Origin: Raillietiella orientalis
Taxonomy: Eukaryota
Direction of reading: 5' to 3'
DNA length: 64,000 bases
NCBI GenBank assembly: GCA_036172245.1
Contig: JAYWIR010000014.1
Location: 2,480,001-2,544,000, forward strand
A model generated the notes under the pieces. That model made no database searches and was not told the DNA's origin. It saw nothing but the letters and a program-made list of their open reading frames with translations. Both the position numbers and the translations under genes were made by a program. Shown here piece by piece: positions 35,501 through 44,500 of this stretch (position 1 is the stretch's first letter; each line of letters opens with the position of its first letter).

Positions 35501-38500
35501 AAATCCGCTACTTCCTCCAGTCGGACCGTGCGAAGCAGGTCTTCTCTCTCGACTCCCGGACAGGTGACCCCGACCCGTCCTCCCCGACGACTCTCGCTTT
35601 TCTTTCTCTCCGATGTAGGCGAGCTGCGCTCCCGCAGGGAACTGGATCGGGAATCCCAGAGCGACTATGAGCTGCCTGTGGTGGCCACCGACGGGGGAGG
35701 TCACGCGGGTAGCGTTCTGGTTCGGGTCACCGTCACCGACGTTAACGACAACGCGCCCGAGTTCCCCGTTGTCGAATACTCCATCAGCGTATGTCACAAC
35801 GTCACTCCCTCTGGACCGGTCCACAAGGTGAGCGGGTCCGTCTTTCGCGCATCCTCCAGCTCTCCTGCCTCCAGTTCGTGGCCTCCGACAGGGACGCCGG
35901 CAGGGCGGCCGAGATTTCGTACCGCCTGATCGAGGGTGCAGGAGCCTCCGGAGTTTCGTCCGTGTGGGAGATCCGAGAAAAAACCGGGATGTTGTACGCC
36001 AAGATGGATCTCCGAAACATGGGTGAGGAGAAGGGGCACTCTCCACCGCCACTGCTCACGGAAACGCACTCTTCCCTCTCACCCTTTTGTCCCGTAGCGA
36101 ACGAGGTCTTTCAGTTTTTCATCCGGGCTTCGGACCACGGCACTCCCAGTCTTCATTCCGACGTGCCCGTCAGCATCTTCGTTACGGGCGCTGCTGACGT
36201 GCCTCCGCGTTTCCAGAAGAGCTTCCACGTGGTCTACGTGAAGGAGTCCACCGCAGTCGGTCAGTACTCTTCCCACCCTCCGCGCGCGCGTTTTTTTTTC
36301 TTTATTTTTTTCTTCCATTTTTCTTTTTTGACTGCCTGGTCATCGTGTGACCCTTCAGGTCTACCCGTTATCCGAGCGGAAGCGCAGGCCGAAGTTCCCG
36401 TCTCCTACCGTCTGCTGTCCATCCGGGAACGGGACGTATTCCGAGTGGACGACGGTGGCAACGTGCGACTGGCCCGGAACCTCGACTTCGAGAAACAGGC
36501 TCTGCACTCGCTCGTCGTGGAGGCACGCACGCAGACCACGCCTCCGCTGGTTGCCACGGCCGAGGTCTCGATCGTCGTCCTGGACGAGGACGACAGCCAT
36601 CCCTCGTTCGAGTGCGATCCATACGAGGTCGCGCTCGTAGAGAATGCCCCTGCGGGGACGTTGCTCGTCAAAGGTGAGGAGGGTGCGTGATTCCACAGCA
36701 TCTCACTCAGGGTCTCCCTTCCCCCCCCCCCTTCCCCCCCGTTCCTCTTTTAGTCGTCGCACACTACGAAGACAACCGGAGGACCCCCAACCTAAGCTAC
36801 TCCTTCGGTCCCGGTTCCGGCTCTTTGTCCAACTTCTTCGTCGTGGACTCGTTCAGCGGCATTATCACCACGCTGGCGCCCGTGGACAGAGAAAGGAATG
36901 CAACCCTCTCGTTCCTGGTGATCGCCGCCGACGAGACCATGCAGGCGATGCCGTCGGCCACGGCGACCGTCCTGGTGACCGTCGTCGACGAGAACGACAA
37001 TCCCACCGCGTTCCAGAAGGACGCATACGAGGCATCCGGTACGTCAGAGGCGCTCCCGCCTTCGAAGAGGATCCCGTTTCCAGTTTCCGAGGACGCGGCC
37101 GTGGGAGCGACTGTTGTCAAGCTGGAGGTGGTGGACAGGGACGAGACCGTCCCGCCATCCCTCCGGTACTACGTCGTGTCGGGAGACAGGCGCGGTCAGT
37201 TCAAGATGGAAGAATCCTCCGGCGCTCTGGTGGTGAACCGCGCCCTGGACAGGGAAGAGGTCGATCGCTATGTGCTTTCCGTGATCGTCGTCGACGGGAA
37301 GTTCCAGTCGGAGACCACCGTCCAAGTAACAGTGGATGACGTCAACGGTGAGTAGAGAGGAGGACTTCTGGAAGGAAACGAGGGGACAATTTCCCCTCTC
37401 CCTTTCCCCACAGACAACCCGCCTGTTTGCCTCAAGGACAGGTACCTCCAGACCCTAAAGGAGTCGACGGCCCCGGGGTCCTTCGTGGTCTCCGTGGGCG
37501 CCGCCGACGCGGATCTAGGGGACAATGCTAAGCTGAGTTTCTCCATCTCTGGGGACAACGCTCACCACTTCTCCATGGAGGAGAACTCGGGCGTCCTTGT
37601 AGTGAGGACTGGCCTGGACCGGGAGTCTGTCCCGAGGTACGAGCTGGTCGCTCGCGTGAGGAACGAAGGCGGGCGGCTTCCGGGTTGGGAGTGCATCTCC
37701 ACCATCGAGCTGACCATCGCGGACGTCAACGACAATGCACCCGTGTTTTCGAAGAGTCTGTACGGCGTCACCGTGCCCGAAGACCTGGAGGTGGGCAACC
37801 TGATCACCAAGGTGCACGCCGTGGACAAGGACCTCGGTGAGTCCCAGAAGGGAGGAGGAAGGAGCATCCAGCGAGCGCTCGACCAGGAATCAACCGCCAG
37901 GTTCACTACGCGATCGCCGATCCCAGCGGCCACTTCTCCATCGACCGGAAGACGGGCATCGTCACACTCGCCAGGTCCCTGGACAGGGAAAAGCAGCCCC
38001 TTCACAATGTCACGGTCCTGGCGATAGACATGGGATCCCCCCAGCTGACTGGGATCGCCAGCGTCGTCGTCATGGTGTCCGACGTCAACGACAACCCCCC
38101 AGAGTTCGCGAGCAAGTTCTACTTCGCTTCGTTGTCCGAGGACGCCGAGGTCGGAACCGACGTCATCCGCCTGCTGGCCACGTCGAAGGACAGCGGGATC
38201 AACGCTGAGATCACCTACAGCATCGTTGGCGGTAACGAGCACAAGAAGTTCAACATCGACCCGAAGACAGGTGAGCCTCTTCCTCGTGGGTATCTCCTCC
38301 AGGGGGCGCCCACTCACTGCCTTCCCCTTCTGTGGTGGATGCTCCCGTCCGCGTAAGTCGCAGATTGTACCGGGAGCGTCGACCACCACTCGGACGGATC
38401 AGGAGAGGGGGGAGGGAGGATACCTAAGGGATTCCGCAAAGGTGGCGCCCAGGTATGTTTTCGGGGGGGGAGGGAGGGCATCCTGGAAGAAAGAGATTTC

Positions 38501-41500
38501 CCTGTCGAAAGGGATCAGGGAACGAAGCCGAGTCTCGAGCTGCGAGCGGAGGAGCAATTTCTTTCCTGGATGCTGGCCGTTGCCCCGAGGCCTTGCATCG
38601 TGGCCTCCGTAAGCTGCGCTGCCGTGCGCGTTTTCGGGTCGCTTGCAGCCCTCTGAGGGGAACCCTCCGAGCGTCTGAAGTCCCTGGATCGAGTCTACGT
38701 ATCTGTGCCCACCGCAAGGGAAAGGGCAGCCAGAGGCGAGACCGGCAGGGCACCCCACGCTACCAGGATGCGAATTCTCCGAGGCCCTTGCTGAAATCCG
38801 CGCAAGATACCGGGAAATTTATAGGATGTTCCCGTTGAACTGCAGGAAGAGCAGATCTGGCGAAGGGCGGGTTCCTCGGTGCAAAGCGTCCAGAGAAGGA
38901 ACGGTTCGGCGACTGCTGTGTTTTTTGCTTCTTTGTTTCCACCTCTGTGCGGGAATGCGCCACGCTTTGCTCTGTGCGCCTTCATCCCACGCAAGCCAGG
39001 CGCAGCCTGCAGTTTCCGCATGGAGCAGGAGCAGCGTGGCCGGCTTGCCCACGGTCCTGGAGAAGCCCCGAATGAGTGCCGGATGGCTTCGTAGGATTTC
39101 ATGTCTGGGGGTGGCTTCTTTGACCGGCAGCGATCTTGAACGTGGCGCCAACAAGTGCTCCACAGGGTTCTTTCGATGGCCTTCGGTCCGTGCGGACCAC
39201 CGGAAGAAGTGCTGCCGCCGGTAAGTGGAACGAGGCACAGGAGGAGATTGGAACTTGCCTGAAGGCACGGGCGTATTGGATGCCGCGGAAACCTCGATCT
39301 TTCATCCTGAAATTTCAACTTCGTGGAAGCTCCGGTGCGCCCTGTCCGCCGGGCAAATTCGAGGGCGCGAACTTGAAGGTTCGTAAAATCTCGAACCTGC
39401 CACGGTGAGGACAAACAGGTTTGCCGTGCTCTTCGCCTTACGCGCGCAGGATGACGGGTTTTCCCCCGTCGCGTGATCGGGCGGGGGAGGGAGGGAGGAA
39501 AACCTGGAAGTGCAGAAAAGCGGACTCGTCGGAGCTGGCCGATAAGATATGGAGCGAGATTCAGCTGGAAGCGTCCTTCTGCACGGGGTCAGCGATCCGA
39601 GAGGTCGCTTTTAGCGACACTGATCAACCGGTTCGCAGGAGATGAAAAGAAGTCGGTCGCCTTTGCCGCACGCCGGTGTGCACCAACTCCGAGCTTCCGG
39701 CAAGTCCCGCATGAGACGAAGTTTCCATGGAGTGGGAGCCTAAGACGAGATGCTGCAGTCGTAGGGTGGGAGGACCGAAAGCGTGCGTGCCTGTCTGGGA
39801 CGTTGACCCTGCTCTCCTGTCACCGCTTCGTCCCGAAAACGGGAGCGCTGCTTCGACAAAGAAGGGCTGGTCGTCCGCGTCTTGAGACGAAAGAGCAGTA
39901 GGGCTTCAGGAAGATGGGAGAGCTCTCTCGTGGAGCTCCATTTCCTCGTGAAAGACTCTGGTGCCCGATCAACTCCTCGTCGCTGTGCCCCATCCCAAGT
40001 CGAATGCTCCTAAATTTCGATATTTTCTCCTGCACTTGCCTGGTTCATCCTCCCCTTCTTTGCGCGTTGTCGCTCAACCTCCTTACCACTTCGTATCCAG
40101 AGAGGGTTTCTTTCGCCGGTGGTTCTGGGGAGCGGTGCTCCCACGCGGCACCGGAGGGGCAGCAGAGAGCAATGGAAAAATCCGAAACTTTCCGTGTTCC
40201 TTCCTGCCAGGAGTCATTAGGCTGGTGGCGCCAGTGGACTACGAGCGAGCCAAGGAATACTTCCTGACGGTAGAAGCGAAGGACGGGGGAGAGCCTTCCT
40301 TGACCAACCAGGCATCCGTGAACGTGTCCCTGATAGACAGGAATGACAACGCGCCCTCGTTCAGACAGGCCGTTTACAGCGCCAGCATCCTCGAGAGCAG
40401 CCCACCTGGAACCCAAGTCGCGCAAGTCTTCGCAGTGGACCCAGACAGCGGCCTCAATGGGAAGGTGTCCTATTCCATCGCGAACGCCACGGTGTTTGAT
40501 CACTTCGTCATCCACGGGTTTTCTGGGATCGTTTCCGTGGCGTCGCAGCTCGACCGGGAAATGGTAAGCCCTTCTTCTCGCCAGTCGCGGTGAAACGGCG
40601 CTTCCTTTTCCCCAGGTGTCCAGATATCAGCTGGAGATAGAGGCCACCGACCAAGGAATCCCTCCGCTCTCGTCTACTGTGTTCGTCAACATCGAGATCG
40701 ACGACGTAAACGACTGCCAGCCGATGTTCTCTGAATCGAACTCCACCGTCTACCTTCCTGTAATTTCCTCCCCTCTCCCTTCTTGGACCGACCTTTTTGT
40801 TTTCTGGCGATCCCAGGGGCCATTTCTTTTCTTTCCCCTTTTCCAGGAGGACAGTGAGGTCGGCGCCGTGGTCCTTCAGTTCCACGTCAGCGACGCGGAC
40901 GCCGATCCGAACGCAGGACCCTTCCTCTTTGACGTGATGGACAACGAGCTGGAGAAAGTTCCGTTCTACGTCGACGCCGAGGGCCGGCTGCGGACTTCGG
41001 GCACCTTCAACCGCTCCGGAACCAGTTCTTACATAGTGCGCATCCGGGTCTTCGATCGGGGAACTCCCCCTCTTTTCTCAGACAACTGGGTGACGGTCTA
41101 CGTAAGCTCAGGAACCTCTTCTCCCCCAATGCTGTCTTCCGCACAGGTCATAGAAGCCTCCAAGTATCCTCCTGTCGTGAACCCCCTCAGAGTAACAGTG
41201 GTCTCTTTCTTTGATGGTTTCCCTGGAGGACTCATAGGGAAAGTGGCAGCCGAAGACAGAGATCCCCACGACAAACTGCAGTTCAGCCTGTCCCCTGCGG
41301 CAGAAGACTCCGAGCACTTTTCGTTCCCGTTCTTCTACATCGACAAGGACACGGGAGTTCTCAAGGTGCTGTCCCTCCTGGACGAAGGGAAGTACAGCCT
41401 GAATGTGTCGGTCTTCGACGGGAAGTTTACGTCTCACGGAGAGGTGTCTATCGAGGTGGTGGTCGCCTCAGAGGAAGCGCTGAGTAGCGCGGTGGTGGTC

Positions 41501-44500
41501 CACCTGAGCGACATCACTCCGCTCCAGTTCTTCGAGGATTTCCGAAAGAGCTTCCAGCGCGCCATCTGTGGCGTGCTCCGGGCTCAGCAGAAGGACTTTT
41601 TCTTGCTGAGCGTGCAGTCTACGGCACCACCGGCGGTAGCGATGACGGCGGAGGCGGTAGCCGGCCGCGCGAAGCGATCAATCGGCGCCAACGGCACCTC
41701 CGAGGGCACGGCCGTCCTTTTTGCAGTGCGCCAGGACAACAGCACCTTCTACCCCTTGCACATCCTGAGGGGACACCTGCAGAGCAGCCGGCCGGCCCTC
41801 GAGGCGAAGCTGGGCGTGTACGCGCTCCGCGTTGAAGACACTATGTGCATCCCGGATCCCTGCATGCACGGTCGATGCGTCGACAGCGTGCGCCCGTTGA
41901 AGCGTCCTCCTCTCCCACTGTGCTCTAGGAACCGCTGCCACAGCATGCCGGGCTACCTCCACGTGCCCATCTGCCGCTGCCAGCCCGGATACGCAGGTAT
42001 CTCGTTGCTTCTTGCCCCTTCCCCAACCACCACCACTTCTCTCTCACCTTCCTCTCGCCACCCTAAGAGTGAGCTTTCTCCCAAATTCCGTTTCCAGGAG
42101 ATGCTTGCGACTTGATGGTGCACGAGTGCGCCCAGAACCCTTGCGCCCCTCCGCAGCTCTGCATTCCGAACCGTTCCTCGAGGGGCTACTCGTGCCGATG
42201 CCCGGACGGAGCCGACAGCTGCTGGAACGACACTGCCTCCTGCAGGAGCGGGTCTTGTTACCAGCCGCACCATCCTCTGTCCTTCTCCGGCCGCAGTTTC
42301 ACTCAGTTCTCCCTGCTGACCAGCGTGGACCGCTACTTGTCCCTATCCATGAAGATCCGCACCTCCTACCCTTCGGGCTGCCTCGTGTACGCCTCCGGGA
42401 ACGTAGAGTATGCCGTCCTTGAGGTGAGACGGGGGGGAAGGGCGAGCCTCGGTTCTCACGGACTTGCTCTCCCCGTTCCGGCCAGATCAACGGCGGGACC
42501 GTCCAGTACCGCTTCGATTGCGGCTCGGGGGAAGGACTGGTCAGGATCGCCGGCGTGCGAGTGGACGATTCCCAGTGGCACGAGCTGAGGGTGGAGCGCA
42601 CCGGCAACTACGCTCGCCTCCTGCTGGATTCCGTCCACACTGGCGAAGGGATGTCCCACGGCCCGAATGACGTCCTCAGCTTGGAACCCGAGGATATGTA
42701 CCTGGGCGCGGAGGTGCGCGGGCGCGCGGATGGCTCCGACGACGTCCGCCTGGGATTCGTGGGGTGCCTGGACGATGTGCGCCTGGACAACTTCGTGCTC
42801 CCCCACCACGTTAACGGCCTGAGCTCCGTGGCTCGCCTGAAGCGCAGCTCCGGCGTGGAAGCCTCCTGCCCGGCGGACCTGCTGAAGCCGCCCGGGGTCT
42901 GCGGCGCGCGACCCTGCCTCAACGGCGGCTCGTGCCTGGAGAACAGCGGTGCCACCGGTGGGTTTAGGTGCTCCTGCAGGGCGCGGTTTTCCGGACCTCG
43001 GTGCGAAATCGACAGCGACCCCTGCGCCTCCTCCCCGTGCTTGCATGACGGTCGCTGCATCCCGGTGGCCAATGACTTCCGCTGCAAGTGCCTTCCTCGC
43101 CTTAGTGGCAAGAGATGCCAGCACGGACTGTACTGCAACCCCAACCCGTGCCTGCATAACGGGGTCTGCGAGGAAGGTGTGAGGGGCCCCATCTGCAAGT
43201 GTCGCGGCTACGTGGGCGACGTGTGCAACATCGACGTGAACGAGTGCCTGGAGGACCCCTGCAGGAACTTTGGCACCTGCGTCAACATCCCCGGCAGCTT
43301 CAGGTGCCTGTGTCATCCCAACTCGTCAGGGGTGTTCTGTGCCGAACTGACCACGTCGTCCAATTCCGTCTTCGACTTGGTCAACATCACGTACCAGCAC
43401 TTGTACATTGTGTGCGCCCTGATTGCGTTCATCCTGACTGCCATCTTGGTGTACCACATTTTCAGGCGCTACCTGGCACAGAAAGCATCCAGGAATTTCC
43501 CGGTGGATCCTCTCAACTACAACAACGAAGTGAACCCCAAGAAACAGCACAACGTCATCATCAACGCGGTGGTGAGTCCTTTCCTCCTCCTCCTCCTCTC
43601 TTCGCTCTCATTCTTTCTGGTGGCCGCTATGGGAAGCAAAAAACTTTTCCCGGTTACACGTTGGCAGCACACCTGTACACCGCTCTTCTCCCAACCTTCC
43701 AGTACGCCACCGCTGCCTGCGCACCTGCGAACGAAAGTTCCATAAACAGTGCGTGCGCACCTGTGGAGTGCATCCGGAACTGCGACTCGGCAGCCGCCGA
43801 GTTGAATCGGTTCGCGAGTGAGGATGCTCGTATCTCTCCTGTGGACCAGAGCTTCTACATCTCGATGACTTCCAACCTCCTGAACAGGGCTGCCCGCAAG
43901 CGTGAGTAAACTCGAGTGGCTCCTTGCGCTTCCTTCCTGGGGACCAGGACGGCCTGCGGGAAGAACGCATCTCCCGTCCGTCTCGCGAGCGCACGCGCGC
44001 GCTCCGCACGGGTGAGAGGGGGGGGCCTTCCGGGGAGGACGGCGGCAACGGGGAGTCCGAATCGTGAGGCGGCGCAGTGGGGAAGAGCGTGCCGTAGTCA
44101 GGCGACCGACGTGGCACCCGGGACGTCCCAGAGTGCTCCTGTCAGGAAGGAGCAGGAGTATATGCTGGTCGTCGGAGAGGGAGCGCCGCCACCTGGGCGA
44201 AGACGCGCGCGTGACCGAAAGCGGCCCACCACCTGCCCAAGCCCGAAACGAACAGCTGCAAGGGTTCCCTCTCCCCTTGCGATTCGCCGTCGTCTTCGAC
44301 CCATGGAAGCGGGCGCGCTGCCGAGAAAAGACTTCCTTCCTCCGGTAGTCGCTCGCTCGCGCGGCGGGAAACCGGGAATGCCGACGCGCTCGGGGATAGG
44401 AAAGGAATTGTCGTTGTCCCTTTACACATGCCGGACCGCCGACGCTCCCAGGCGAGTCCCTCTCCGGCAGCTATCTTTCGGATGGGGAGACGCGCAAAGA

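Noticed and set aside
11206..41500. Recurrent gacgtcaacgacaac-like words that could be taken for a repeat array or CRISPR
   Set aside because: They encode the DVNDN motif of successive cadherin repeats; spacing is hundreds of nt, the context is eukaryotic and there are no cas genes
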